The notes beneath the pieces were generated by a model. It was given only the letters and a program-made list of their open reading frames with translations, was not told the origin of the DNA and made no database searches. From assembly GCA_037134875.1 (NCBI GenBank), contig JBAXLH010000005.1, positions 1 to 58,523 on the forward strand: DNA of 58,523 bases. Reading direction: 5' to 3'. Numbering within the stretch: position 1 is the first letter of the stretch; each line of letters opens with the position of its first letter. The translations under genes were made by a program, and so were the position numbers. Positions 19,484-29,244 of this stretch are shown piece after piece. This DNA is from a bacterium. GTDB lineage: Bacteria; Patescibacteriota; Minisyncoccia; Phycocordibacterales; DATDWN01.

Positions 19484-19995
19484 TGAAACTATACATTATT
19501 CCAGGATATAAGGAGGATTTGAGAAATAAAGGCTACAAGTCCATCATCGCAAAAACAAAACACACATATGATGTCAGATTTTTGAAATTAAACTATGATC
19601 AGTTATTGTGTGATTTTCCTCATATAGAACCAAATTCAATTGTTATTGGTTTTTCTATTGGGGCTCTTATTGCTTACTATATTTCAACTAAAATCAAACT
19701 GGACAAAGCGGTGATTTGTTCTATGTCCCCTTTGTTAGAAAGTGATTTTAATACATTCGATAAAAAAGATCAGAGAGAAATAATCAAACTCCTAACTCTC
19801 AAAACATGGAATAAATTAAAACAAATGAAGTATACTAAATCATTATCACAATCAAAAAATATTTTTCTATTCGGAGAAAATGAAATTGCAACACTGAAAA
19901 ACAGATCAAAAAAACTGGGAAAATATGTTGAAATAAAAAATACTGGACACGAACTTACTGAGACCTATGTGAAGGAAATATTAAAATATATATAA
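19483..19995 (+). CDS. Small alpha/beta hydrolase
   Basis: GFSIG nucleophile elbow and C-terminal GHE; TAATG overlap with the upstream gene. Confidence 0.7.
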   Translation: MKLYIIPGYKEDLRNKGYKSIIAKTKHTYDVRFLKLNYDQLLCDFPHIEPNSIVIGFSIGALIAYYISTKIKLDKAVICSMSPLLESDFNTFDKKDQREIIKLLTLKTWNKLKQMKYTKSLSQSKNIFLFGENEIATLKNRSKKLGKYVEIKNTGHELTETYVKEILKYI

Positions 19996-20004
19996 TTTTT
20001 TATT

Positions 20005-20505
20005 CTATCCCAATTTTTCTTTAAGCTCAATTGCTCGCTGTATTATTCTCTCCCCTATCTCGCCCCAGTCAAAATATTGTTTGTAATCTTTTGGATCAAT
20101 AAGTTTTATTTCCGTAATACTCCCATCTGGATCAAAAATAAATTCACCATAGGGTTCGACAATACAGACATAACGTAATTGATTGAATACATCACCCTCA
20201 AAATGCACTTCTTGATATCCGATCGGTGCAAATGAAATAACTTTCATATTTGATTCTTCTTGAATCTCTCTTTTTAAACACTCCTCAAATGTTTCTCCTT
20301 TTTCAATACTTCCACCCGGAAGAATCCTATGATTTCCTTTGCCACTGTACACGACTACCATTTTGTCATTCAGAAAACAGACACCGTAACACTGCGTTAC
20401 TTTTTGTGACAGAAGATGGTCAAAAGAATCAGCATCTTCGTATGCAACTTTTGCTACCCGACCTTGTCCGTCGGTAAATTGTGATTGTATGTGTATCATA
20501 TTCAC
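20005..20505 (-). CDS. Nudix hydrolase, paralog of 49986-50477
   Basis: GGSIEKGETFEECLKREIQEESNM Nudix box. Confidence 0.88.
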   Translation of the reverse strand: MNMIHIQSQFTDGQGRVAKVAYEDADSFDHLLSQKVTQCYGVCFLNDKMVVVYSGKGNHRILPGGSIEKGETFEECLKREIQEESNMKVISFAPIGYQEVHFEGDVFNQLRYVCIVEPYGEFIFDPDGSITEIKLIDPKDYKQYFDWGEIGERIIQRAIELKEKLG

Positions 20506-20519
20506 ACTCTAACACACTT

Positions 20520-21017
20520 TTAGAGCAATAACAGAAGTGCCAGTGGGACTAATGTGGCCCAAAATTGTCTGTCTGTACCAACAAAGAAATTTGCCACAAC
20601 TGGAGAGAATTTGTAGATGGAATCAAGACTCACAATGCGATATGAAAAAATGAGGACAAGCACAACTCCGGCGAGCGCATAGCCTGCAATACGAAAATAA
20701 TGCTTTGATCCACCGGAAAACTCAGAGAAAATGTATCTGCCAACCATAATATTTATTGGAATCAAAAACAAAAGGAAAATTGCTGCTTTGTTTAAGATGA
20801 GAAGTGAATCCCCTTTCAGAAACAACAACTTGTCAAAGAAAGGAAAATTTTCGTAGAAAAAATATGCGGGATAAAATGAAATGAGCAAAGAAATTATTTT
20901 GCTTTTTCCAAAGTAGAGCGCGTAAAAGAAAAAGAGGAGAAAAATTGCGCCAAGTACGAAAAGGTCTGTTGTAAACGATCCACTACTTTTTAGAAATTGT
21001 AGGAACGGAGCGAACAT
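20520..21017 (-). CDS. Hypothetical multi-pass membrane protein
   Basis: Four to five hydrophobic segments. Confidence 0.7.
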   Translation of the reverse strand: MFAPFLQFLKSSGSFTTDLFVLGAIFLLFFFYALYFGKSKIISLLISFYPAYFFYENFPFFDKLLFLKGDSLLILNKAAIFLLFLIPINIMVGRYIFSEFSGGSKHYFRIAGYALAGVVLVLIFSYRIVSLDSIYKFSPVVANFFVGTDRQFWATLVPLALLLLL

Positions 21018-21054
21018 ACGATAATTATAAAGTATTCAAAAAATAAATACAAAT

Positions 21055-21197
21055 AAAAAAACCGCTCGCAACACCCTATACTCGAGTCATTGCGAGCGGT
21101 ATCCAACAAAAATGTCGTGGGCTGTTATCCCGCGCAATGCAGCATGTTGGTGGCCTCCTGAACACCCTCGCGGGGTACAACGTTCAGTCGTTACCGG
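21055..21197 (-). ncRNA. Candidate structured small RNA of unknown class
   Basis: TTGACA (21230-21225), 16-nt spacer, TAAACT (21208-21203); GC-rich stems ctgaac/gttcag with ccc-gcga-ggg and ccaaca/tgttgg; 11-bp terminator stem plus T-tract. Confidence 0.55.
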
Positions 21198-21235
21198 TAT
21201 TAAGTTTATCAATTGTTTTATTATTGTCAATATTT

Positions 21236-22342
21236 TTAAATCCCTTCTTTTTTGAGTTGCTCGATGAGTTTTTTTGCCTCTTTTGAGATTTTCTTTGGAA
21301 TGTTGATGTGGAGTTTGATGAGAATGTCGCCTCGTTTATTTTTGTCGTATGGCACACCTTTTCCTTTGACACGCAAAATTTCGCCGATCGCCACTCCCTC
21401 TGGAATTTTGACTGCGATAGTGCCGTCGAGTGTTTGCACAGAATATTCTGCCCCGACAAGTGCGTCAGAAAGTTTGATATTCAAATCCATCACGAGATCA
21501 TTTCCTTCTTTTCGAAACAGTGAATGTTTTTTGACATAAATTCTGATATACAAATCCCCAGCTGTGCCACCCTGGACCGCCTCGCCCATACCAGAAAGTC
21601 GCATCATCTCGCCGTTGTTTATACCGGCTGGAATTTTGACTTTGATTTCTGATTCTTTTTTGTACACACCAGTTCCTCGACACACAGTACATTTTATTTT
21701 TGGAATTTTGCCACTGCCACCACAAGTACCACATGTTACATTGACTTCATACTGACCCAAAATAGTTCGCTTGATTTCGCGAATCTGTCCATTACCGTTG
21801 CATGTCGTACACGTCATCATTTCACTTCCTTTTTCCGCACCTGTACCTGAACAGTTGTCACATTTTGAAACTTTATTCAAAAGCACAACACGCTCGGCAC
21901 CGAAAATTGAATCTTCGAATGAAAGTTCGAGGTCAATGGAAATATCACGACCACGTTTTGCCTGAGTTCGACGAGATCTGCCACCACCAAACACATCTCC
22001 AAAAATATCTCCGAGATCAAATTCAAAATTTGCTCCTTGACCGCCTTGAGTAAATTGTGAAAAGTCAAAGTCGCCAAATCCACCAAAGCCCTGTCCTCCG
22101 TTGAAGCCACTTTGACCGCCACCAAAGCCCGATGGTCCAGCCGAGCCAAATGTGTCGTACTGCTGTCGCTTTTGGTCGTCGGATAGCACCGAATATGCTT
22201 CGTTTATTTCTTTGAATTTGTCGCTATCGCCACCTTTTTTGTCAGGGTGGTATTTGTGGGCAAGTGTACGAAAAGCCTTCTTTATCTCGTCTTTTGAGGC
22301 CTTTTTGTCCACTCCCAGTGTTTGATAATAGTCTTTTGCCAT
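21236..22342 (-). CDS. dnaJ: Chaperone DnaJ
   Basis: J-domain HPD, G/F-rich linker, four CxxCxGxG repeats. Confidence 0.97.
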   Translation of the reverse strand: MAKDYYQTLGVDKKASKDEIKKAFRTLAHKYHPDKKGGDSDKFKEINEAYSVLSDDQKRQQYDTFGSAGPSGFGGGQSGFNGGQGFGGFGDFDFSQFTQGGQGANFEFDLGDIFGDVFGGGRSRRTQAKRGRDISIDLELSFEDSIFGAERVVLLNKVSKCDNCSGTGAEKGSEMMTCTTCNGNGQIREIKRTILGQYEVNVTCGTCGGSGKIPKIKCTVCRGTGVYKKESEIKVKIPAGINNGEMMRLSGMGEAVQGGTAGDLYIRIYVKKHSLFRKEGNDLVMDLNIKLSDALVGAEYSVQTLDGTIAVKIPEGVAIGEILRVKGKGVPYDKNKRGDILIKLHINIPKKISKEAKKLIEQLKKEGI

Positions 22343-22437
22343 ATGTTTTGTTGGTTGTATTATATCCTATTTTGAACCATATTATACTTGACTTTAATGA
22401 ATTTTCAAGTAATGTTTTGGAGGGAGGAAAAGCTATA

Positions 22438-22617
22438 ATGATTACCAAGATCGTTGAGGTTCTTATCTACAGCATTATGGTAGGTATCATAATGTCGTTA
22501 CTTGATACTTTTGCACAAAAAAAGTTTAAGGTCATGGGACCATCTTTCAAGACTGGTTTGATTATGTACAGTGTGCTATTTCTAATATTTATTTCTTTTT
22601 CAGTAAAATGGAATTGA
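22438..22617 (+). CDS. Small membrane protein (59 aa), antisense to the dnaK-dnaJ operon
   Basis: GGAGGGAGG SD before ATG 22438; two hydrophobic helices; followed by a ctagg-gaaa-cctag hairpin and T-tract. Confidence 0.6.
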   Translation: MITKIVEVLIYSIMVGIIMSLLDTFAQKKFKVMGPSFKTGLIMYSVLFLIFISFSVKWN

Positions 22618-22664
22618 AATATACTAGATTGAGAGCCTAGGGAAACCTAGACTTTTTTATTTAC

Positions 22665-22695
22665 AAAAATTACAAGGTTCGACCTTGTAATTTTT
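22665..22695. terminator. Bidirectional terminator
   Basis: 13-bp stem aaaaattacaagg-ttcga-ccttgtaattttt. Confidence 0.75.
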
Positions 22696-22717
22696 GCTAT
22701 TATTGACTCCAAATATT

Positions 22718-24619
22718 TTACTTATCTTCCGGCTTCTTTTCTGTAAACTCTGCATCTTTTACTGGACCATCAGCTGGTGGAGTTTGCTGAGCTTGCTCCT
22801 GAGACGCTTTATTCATTATCTCACCAATCTTTGAAAGCTCGGTGGAAAGATCAGATGTGTTTTTCTTGATAGCTTCCATATCATCTCCGTCCTTGAGTTT
22901 TTTCAAATCAGTAATTTTGTTTTCAATTGATACTCGCAAATCTGCCGGCACTTTTTCTCCAGCATCGCGCAAAGATTTTTCGGATGTGTAGATGAGTTGC
23001 TCTGCGATATTTTTAACCTCCACCAAATCTTTCTTTTTCTGGTCTTCTGTTGCATGAGCTTCAGCATCCTTTTGCATTTTTTCAATATCTTCTTTTGAAA
23101 GACCCGAGCGTGCTTCAATACGGATAGACTGTTCTTTGCCAGTAGCTTTATCCTTTGCTTTGACGGCCAAGATTCCGTTTGCGTCCACGTCAAACGTCAC
23201 CTCCACCTGTGGCATACCGCGAGGTGCTGGTGGAATACCGTCGAGAATAAACCTACCCAAAGATTTGTTGTCCCCTGCCATAGCTCGCTCGCCCTGCACA
23301 ATGTGTATTTCCACACTAGTCTGGTTGTCCGCTGCGGTAGAGAAAACTTGTGACCTTGACGCTGGAATGGTCGTATTTCGCTCTATAAGCTTTGTAGCAA
23401 CGCCTCCCATGGTTTCTATGCCCAAGGACAGTGGTATTACGTCTAGGAGCAAAACATCCTTTACATCCCCTGCCAAAATACCTCCCTGAATAGCGGCTCC
23501 GAGAGCCACAACTTCGTCTGGATTGATTGACTTGTTTGGATCTTTGCCGAAAAATTCCTTGACCTTTTCTGCCATTTTTGGCATACGAGTTTGACCTCCA
23601 ACGAGAATGACTTCGTTGATTTGAGATGTTGAATAGCCGGATGCTTCCATTGCTCGTTTTGTAATAGCCATTGCGCGGTCGATAAACTCTGCTGTAAGCT
23701 CCTCGAGTTTTGCGCGAGAGAGTTTAATGAGCAAATGTTTTGGACCAGATGCATCACTTGTGATAAACGGAATGTTTATTTCTGATTCCATTGCTGACGA
23801 AAGTTCTATTTTTGCTTTTTCCGCAGCTTCGTCGAGTCTCTGAAGTGCCAGTGTGTCGGAGCGCAAATCAATTCCACTTTCTTTTTTGAATTCATCTGCT
23901 AGAAAGTTTATGATTTTCTGGTCAATATCTTTTCCGCCCAGATGTGAGTCTCCGTCTGTTGCTTTCACTTTGATATCTCCGCCAACTTCGTCCACATCCA
24001 CTTCCAAAATAGACACGTCAAATGTTCCACCACCAAAGTCAAAAACAACTATTTTTTCGTCCTTGCGGTTTTTATCAAAGCCATACGCTAGAGCCGCTGC
24101 TGTAGGCTCGTTTATGATGCGCAATACTTCAAGACCTGCAATCTGTCCGGCATCTTTTGTAGCCTGTCTCTGTGCATCGTTAAAATATGCAGGCACAGTG
24201 ATAATAGCCTGTGTGACTTTCTCGCCCAGTTTTGCTTCTGCATCGGCTTTCATTTTTGAAAGGAGCATTGCTGAAATTTCCTCTGGAGTATACTCTTTGT
24301 CTGCCATTTTTACTTTCACTCCGCCAGTTGCGGATTTCATGACTTCAAAAGGCACAATGGCTTTATCTTTCTGTACACCAGCATCGTCAAAGGTGTGACC
24401 GATAAATCTCTTGATTCCGAAAATAGTGTTTTTTGGATTTGTTACCGCTTGTCGCTTAGCTAGAAGTCCCACTATTCGCTCACCCGTTTTTGAGGTAGCA
24501 ATAATAGACGGCGTTGTGCGAGCACCCTCAGCATTTTCCAATATTTTTGGCTGACCAACTTCCATAACTGCCACAGCACTGTTTGTCGTACCGAGATCGA
24601 TTCCTATTATTTTAGACAT
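22718..24619 (-). CDS. dnaK: Chaperone DnaK
   Basis: [25 protein letters not shown] and NPDEVVA motifs. Confidence 0.98.
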   Translation of the reverse strand: MSKIIGIDLGTTNSAVAVMEVGQPKILENAEGARTTPSIIATSKTGERIVGLLAKRQAVTNPKNTIFGIKRFIGHTFDDAGVQKDKAIVPFEVMKSATGGVKVKMADKEYTPEEISAMLLSKMKADAEAKLGEKVTQAIITVPAYFNDAQRQATKDAGQIAGLEVLRIINEPTAAALAYGFDKNRKDEKIVVFDFGGGTFDVSILEVDVDEVGGDIKVKATDGDSHLGGKDIDQKIINFLADEFKKESGIDLRSDTLALQRLDEAAEKAKIELSSAMESEINIPFITSDASGPKHLLIKLSRAKLEELTAEFIDRAMAITKRAMEASGYSTSQINEVILVGGQTRMPKMAEKVKEFFGKDPNKSINPDEVVALGAAIQGGILAGDVKDVLLLDVIPLSLGIETMGGVATKLIERNTTIPASRSQVFSTAADNQTSVEIHIVQGERAMAGDNKSLGRFILDGIPPAPRGMPQVEVTFDVDANGILAVKAKDKATGKEQSIRIEARSGLSKEDIEKMQKDAEAHATEDQKKKDLVEVKNIAEQLIYTSEKSLRDAGEKVPADLRVSIENKITDLKKLKDGDDMEAIKKNTSDLSTELSKIGEIMNKASQEQAQQTPPADGPVKDAEFTEKKPEDK

Positions 24620-24637
24620 ATGTTTTATATTTGTTAT

Positions 24638-24856
24638 TTAGTAATTTGGTGACCAATGATTACCTACTCCATCACAGACACTTTTATCTGGTATAGGCAT
24701 ACAGTCCAGTGCGATAAAATAAATGCACTTTCTTTGGTTTATTAATTCGCAATCAAATTGTGATAAATATTTGTTTTGCTTAATGTATTGGAAATAGTAT
24801 GTTCCAAATAACAAAGCGATTAATAATATAACAAATAAAACAATTTTTCTTATCAT
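24638..24856 (-). CDS. Small membrane-anchored protein with four Cys
   Basis: N-terminal TM helix, four Cys, AT-rich. Confidence 0.55.
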   Translation of the reverse strand: MIRKIVLFVILLIALLFGTYYFQYIKQNKYLSQFDCELINQRKCIYFIALDCMPIPDKSVCDGVGNHWSPNY

Positions 24857-24899
24857 AAATTTAATTTTAGATTTACAAATAAATAAACCAAAACTAAAT

Positions 24900-25250
24900 T
24901 TAAAAAGTTGGGGCCCGTGGAGTTGAACCTAAAATATAATATAAATATGAGGTTGAAAATGGAGAAACAATTTTTGAATTTCTGAAAAGTGTTGTGCTAT
25001 ATGTTTCTTTCGCTTTCAAATCCGCCAAAACTGGAGTCTGGCTTCCAAGAGATGATTCTTCAATGTACACGGCACTCAAAAGTCGAGCTTTGATATGTCC
25101 CCCATTTTCATACACACAAAAAGTAGCACGCAAGAGTCGTCCGTTTGCGTCGCGAATGATTTTTTCTATGAAATTTCCTCGTGGTTGAGCAATCTGTCGC
25201 ATATTTTGTATTGAAATTATATCATACTTTTTCTTTTGTAAAATTGACAA
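24900..25250 (-). CDS. Hypothetical protein
   Basis: Open frame with no motif; start may be downstream (MRQIAQ). Confidence 0.55.
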   Translation of the reverse strand: MSILQKKKYDIISIQNMRQIAQPRGNFIEKIIRDANGRLLRATFCVYENGGHIKARLLSAVYIEESSLGSQTPVLADLKAKETYSTTLFRNSKIVSPFSTSYLYYILGSTPRAPTF

Positions 25251-25270
25251 ACTGTATTTCCAGTGATATT

Positions 25271-25477
25271 ATGTTTTATGGAAAACCCATGCAGACAAAC
25301 ATTTTGTTATGGACATTTGTTTTAACAACATTTGTATTTGGAACCTTTCTTGGAGTTGTTTATATTTTTTCGGTGATAAGGCTGGGGTATGATTCAACTC
25401 CTGCCAAAGCTAGTCTCCGAATGAGCTTGCTACTCTTTGTTATGAGTGTCGTCGCAAAATACCTCTTTGGAGGATAA
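25271..25477 (+). CDS. Small membrane protein
   Basis: Two hydrophobic helices; downstream of a TTGACA-containing promoter; start 25271 or 25289. Confidence 0.5.
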   Translation: MFYGKPMQTNILLWTFVLTTFVFGTFLGVVYIFSVIRLGYDSTPAKASLRMSLLLFVMSVVAKYLFGG

Positions 25478-25478
25478 A

Positions 25479-25739
25479 ATGGCGAGGACAGTCAGAGAAC
25501 TGGTAGTCGAGATTGATGCTATCTTTTTTGGGACAGGTGACTCTCGTGTGTACCACCACACCGAAGTCCTGTGGAATCTCAAAAAGAAATTATTTGATAT
25601 CAGTTATAGATATCACAAGGAAAAATCTGCACTGGGGCAAGTTTGTGCAGACACCAATACTGACACTCCCCTTACCGAAGGGCAGTATCAATCTTTCCTA
25701 AAGGAAGCTCACTGGCTCAAAACCCGTACTTCCAACTAA
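25479..25739 (+). CDS. Small hypothetical protein
   Basis: GGAGGA SD before ATG 25479; terminator hairpin at about 25748-25785. Confidence 0.55.
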   Translation: MARTVRELVVEIDAIFFGTGDSRVYHHTEVLWNLKKKLFDISYRYHKEKSALGQVCADTNTDTPLTEGQYQSFLKEAHWLKTRTSN

Positions 25740-25830
25740 CTCATTATCCGTTTCAGTCACAGAGAAGACTGAGGCGGTTTTTTATTTTGTAAAATTGACA
25801 ATTTTTTAATATGATATACAATATTGCCAG

Positions 25831-26037
25831 ATGGATAGGGTAGCTTTTTATTTAATATCAGTTTCATTTTCGTCCGGAATGTATTACAGCTTGAAAGCCA
25901 TAAGAATATACATTAAAGAAGGAGAGGAGAGTTGGAAAAAAATCGTCGTCTGGGGGGCGATTGCGAACATGTCATTTATATTTGCGATTTTTATCCTGCT
26001 AATCTCAAGATTTTCAATCCCGACAACAAACCACTAA
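25831..26037 (+). CDS. Small membrane protein
   Basis: Two hydrophobic helices; TTGACA promoter upstream; hairpin and T-tract at about 26041-26078. Confidence 0.55.
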   Translation: MDRVAFYLISVSFSSGMYYSLKAIRIYIKEGEESWKKIVVWGAIANMSFIFAIFILLISRFSIPTTNH

Positions 26038-26096
26038 TAGGTCGCCAAATACCAAAAAGGTTATGGCGATTTTTTTTGGACAAATTTATTTTTTCT

Positions 26097-26702
26097 CTAA
26101 ATTTGTGACTTTTCTTTGTATTCTGCAACTTTCACTTTGGGAGCACGGATTAGCTTGTCGTGGAGTTTGTACCCCGATGTGACTACTTCCAAAATTTTCT
26201 GATCATCATTTTCATTTTCAACTGGCACAGTTTCTATTGCTTCATCACGATTATGATCAAATTTTTCACCAAGTGGATTTACGACTGAGAGGCCATGTTG
26301 AGACAGAGCACCAGCGAGCTGAGAGTGAATATATTCCACACCCTTTCGCCAATTTTCATCCACTTTTTCCCAACTTTCTTTATTTTTGAAAGCTGATTCA
26401 AATGAGTCCAGAGTTTGTAAAAGCTCAGTAATAATATCTTCTTTGGCAAATATAGCAAACTTTTTCTGATTTTCTGCGTCGCTTCTTCGTGCATTCAAAA
26501 AATCTGCTTTATCCCTCTGCCACGAGTCCAAAAGCTCCGCATTTTTCTTTTCCAACTCTTTTATTCTTTCCTTCAATTTTTTGACTTGAATCTGTGCATC
26601 CACGCCAGTCACTTCTGTGTTTTCCTCAAACACAACATCGTCCCCTGGATCGGTGTCCACTTCGTTTTCAATTACATCATTTTTAATATCATCATCTTTC
26701 AT
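26097..26702 (-). CDS. grpE: Nucleotide exchange factor GrpE
   Basis: RDKADFLNARR, GEKFDHNRDEA and GYKLHDKLIRAPKVKV. Confidence 0.93.
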   Translation of the reverse strand: MKDDDIKNDVIENEVDTDPGDDVVFEENTEVTGVDAQIQVKKLKERIKELEKKNAELLDSWQRDKADFLNARRSDAENQKKFAIFAKEDIITELLQTLDSFESAFKNKESWEKVDENWRKGVEYIHSQLAGALSQHGLSVVNPLGEKFDHNRDEAIETVPVENENDDQKILEVVTSGYKLHDKLIRAPKVKVAEYKEKSQI

Positions 26703-26775
26703 ATTGAGTACATATTATCACAAAATTATCAATTTTCAATAATGCTTATTATTTGAAGTAAAATCAATTTGAAGG

Positions 26776-26915
26776 ATTTTATTTTTGGAGCATCCGCAAG
26801 GAGCAAGCATGGTTTTGTCAACGACCCCGAGCTTTGCGAGGAGCTCATTGACAAATTGCGACTGAGGACAGAATAAACCCGGCGCTGGCCGGGTTTATGT
26901 CTCCAAAAATAAAAT
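26776..26915. repeat. Palindromic repeat element, copy A
   Basis: Perfect 15-bp outer inverted repeat attttatttttggag/ctccaaaaataaaat; core 26806-26871 aligns with 51892-51953. Confidence 0.85.
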
Positions 26916-26941
26916 AATGAGAATTGATTTTACGAAAACGA

Positions 26942-27346
26942 TTATCGTTTACTCCACTGTGGAGCTTTTCTCGCCTTTTTCAGACCGAATTTTCGTCGCT
27001 CTTTTGATCGTGGATCTCGTTTGAGGTAACCCTCCTTTTTGATATCTTTTCTAAGTTCTGGATTGTAATCTACGAGAGCTCTGGCAATACCGTGTCTGAG
27101 TGCCTCGGCTTGTGAGTGAATTCCACCACCAACTATTTTTGCAGTTACTTTGAATTTGTCAGTGATTTTTTTGTCTTTAAATGGTTCTACAACCAAGAGA
27201 TGCATTTCTTTTGTAGGAAAATAATCTGCAATATCTTTTTCGTTTATTGAAACTGTTGTTTTTGATGCCGGAGTAATACGTACTCGCGCAACTGATGTTT
27301 TGCGTCGTCCAACTGCCTCTATGTATTTTTCTTTTGTGTCAGTCAT
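26942..27346 (-). CDS. rpsI: 30S ribosomal protein S9
   Basis: GRRKTSVARV, GGGIHSQAEA and KKARKAPQWSKR. Confidence 0.98.
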   Translation of the reverse strand: MTDTKEKYIEAVGRRKTSVARVRITPASKTTVSINEKDIADYFPTKEMHLLVVEPFKDKKITDKFKVTAKIVGGGIHSQAEALRHGIARALVDYNPELRKDIKKEGYLKRDPRSKERRKFGLKKARKAPQWSKR

Positions 27347-27359
27347 ATGTCTATAATTA

Positions 27360-27707
27360 TTACTCAGTAATCTTTATATTATTCATCATTTTTGCTCGCA
27401 ATTTATTCTTTGGAAGCATTCCAGAAATTGCTATTCGGAAAATTTCACTGTAGCCTTTTTTTGCTACCACCTGCTTCATTGTTGGTTGCTTGAGTCCTCC
27501 TGGGTAACCAGAATATCGACTGTATGTTTCCTGATCCATTTTTGAATCAGCAATTGATGCTTTTGAAGCATTTTTTATTTCAACAGTGACCTCAGGATAT
27601 GCATTTCTTTTGAAATCAGTCGTGTTTTTGCCCATAAGCAAAACTGCGACTTCTGTAGCAACTCGTCCGACTTTTTTATTTTCTGCATCAATTACGTATG
27701 TTTTCAT
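27360..27707 (-). CDS. rplM: 50S ribosomal protein L13 (short form)
   Basis: IDAENKKVGRVA, YSGYPGG and GMLPKNKL; start at ATG 27707. Confidence 0.95.
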   Translation of the reverse strand: MKTYVIDAENKKVGRVATEVAVLLMGKNTTDFKRNAYPEVTVEIKNASKASIADSKMDQETYSRYSGYPGGLKQPTMKQVVAKKGYSEIFRIAISGMLPKNKLRAKMMNNIKITE

Positions 27708-27724
27708 ATTTTTTACATTATCAT

Positions 27725-27848
27725 AAACTTTCAAATTTGACTAAGGTCGCGTATGAAATTTACAAAAGAATTGGAGCCTGCCTGAGTGTACAGGTGACAA
27801 TTCTTTTGTAAATTTCAGACGATGAGATTAGTCATAATTTGGAAGTTT
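27725..27848. repeat. 124-bp long hairpin filling the rplQ-rplM spacer
   Basis: Perfect 20-bp inner stem 27754-27773/27798-27817 plus an imperfect ~20-bp outer stem. Confidence 0.85.
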
Positions 27849-28195
27849 TATACAAATTCTATTACAGCCATTAACCCTCCATCACTCTTTCGTGCTGGCA
27901 ATTTTGTAATGCGAGTATAGCCACCTTTTCGGTCAGCAAACTTTGGAGCAACTTTTGAAATTACCTGATCTGCACCCTCTACACCAATCTTTGCAATAAG
28001 TGCTCGTCGTGCTGAAAGTGTTGGGTTTTTGCCCTGAGTCACCATTTTTTCTGCATATGAACGAAGTTCTCGTGCTTTTGCTTCTGTTGTCTTTATCTTG
28101 CCGTGCATCATAAGAGACAACGCCAAAGACTTGAGCAATGCATTGCGTACTTTTCTAACTCGTCCAAATTTTCTGATTGACTTATGGTGATTCAT
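27848..28195 (-). CDS. rplQ: 50S ribosomal protein L17
   Basis: KFGRVRKVRNALLK, IKTTEAKA and GGYTRI. Confidence 0.98.
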   Translation of the reverse strand: MNHHKSIRKFGRVRKVRNALLKSLALSLMMHGKIKTTEAKARELRSYAEKMVTQGKNPTLSARRALIAKIGVEGADQVISKVAPKFADRKGGYTRITKLPARKSDGGLMAVIEFV

Positions 28196-28208
28196 ACGTG
28201 TTGTGTTA

Positions 28209-29162
28209 TTATTTCAGTGATATTCCGAATGACTGCAAAACTTCCTTGATCTCTGTGAGACCTTTTGCTCCGAGTCCTTCGATCTCTAATATATCTTTTT
28301 CTTTCTTTCGTGCAAGTCCACCGATTGTTCTAATGTTTGCGTTTGTCAGTGCGTTTTGTGTTCGTGCAGAGAGGTTGAGTGTTTCGATACGAGTCTTGAG
28401 ATAGTCCTCATCGATAGCAACATCTTTTTTTGATTCTTTTTTCTCTTCTGTTTCTGAGAAAATTTCCTCTTCTTTAAATCCAACAATAGATTTGAGCTGA
28501 TTTATCATTGTCTCGATTGATTTTTCGAGAGCTTCTTTTGGAGTGATTGTTCCATCTGTTTCAATGAAAATCTTGAGTCGATTGAAATCTGTTCTATCAC
28601 CAACTCGCATATTTTCTACTTCGTAGCTCACTCGTCGTACCGGAGTAAAGATAGCATCGAGAGTAATATGTCCGATATCAACTCGGTTTTTCTGTACAAC
28701 CTCCTTTGGCATAAAGCCAAGTCCTTTCTCAACAACAATTTCCATATCAAGTTCTGATGACTTGTCTGTGAGTGTTGCAATAACAAGCTCTGGATTAAGA
28801 ATCTCAACTCCACCAGGAAGTTTGATGTCTCCAGCAGTTACTTCTTTGACCCCTTTTACTTTGAGCGAAAGAGTCTGTGCTTCGTCAGAAACCATTCGGA
28901 TTCTAACTTTCTTGAGATTAAGCAAGATATTGACAGCATCCTCCTTAATACCAGGAATAACAGAGAATTCGTGACTCACGCCTTCTATTTTGATAGATGT
29001 TACTGCACATCCAACAAGAGAAGATAGGATGATTCTTCGCAGTGAATTACCGAGTGTATGTCCGTATCCGGGATACAAACCATCGATTTCATATGAACCG
29101 GAGAACTCAACCTCCGATACAATTCTTGGTTTTGATGGCAATACAATTGTATAGTCAGACAT
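28209..29162 (-). CDS. rpoA: RNA polymerase subunit alpha
   Basis: GYGHTLGNSLRRIILSS and FTPVRRVSYEVENMRVG; alpha-CTD present. Confidence 0.98.
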   Translation of the reverse strand: MSDYTIVLPSKPRIVSEVEFSGSYEIDGLYPGYGHTLGNSLRRIILSSLVGCAVTSIKIEGVSHEFSVIPGIKEDAVNILLNLKKVRIRMVSDEAQTLSLKVKGVKEVTAGDIKLPGGVEILNPELVIATLTDKSSELDMEIVVEKGLGFMPKEVVQKNRVDIGHITLDAIFTPVRRVSYEVENMRVGDRTDFNRLKIFIETDGTITPKEALEKSIETMINQLKSIVGFKEEEIFSETEEKKESKKDVAIDEDYLKTRIETLNLSARTQNALTNANIRTIGGLARKKEKDILEIEGLGAKGLTEIKEVLQSFGISLK

Positions 29163-29244
29163 AAAAATTTGTTAAAAATAATTAAATAATGCTTCTAAAA
29201 ATAAGTTAATATATTATACACCAATTCTCAATATATATCAAGTA

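Noticed and set aside
21122-21135. GGGATAACAG resembling the 23S rRNA peptidyl-transferase loop or an I-SceI site
   Set aside because: Only a 10-nt match with no flanking similarity.
26700-26780. CIRCE/HrcA operator upstream of grpE or dnaK
   Set aside because: No TTAGCACTC-N9-GAGTGCTAA inverted repeat was found.
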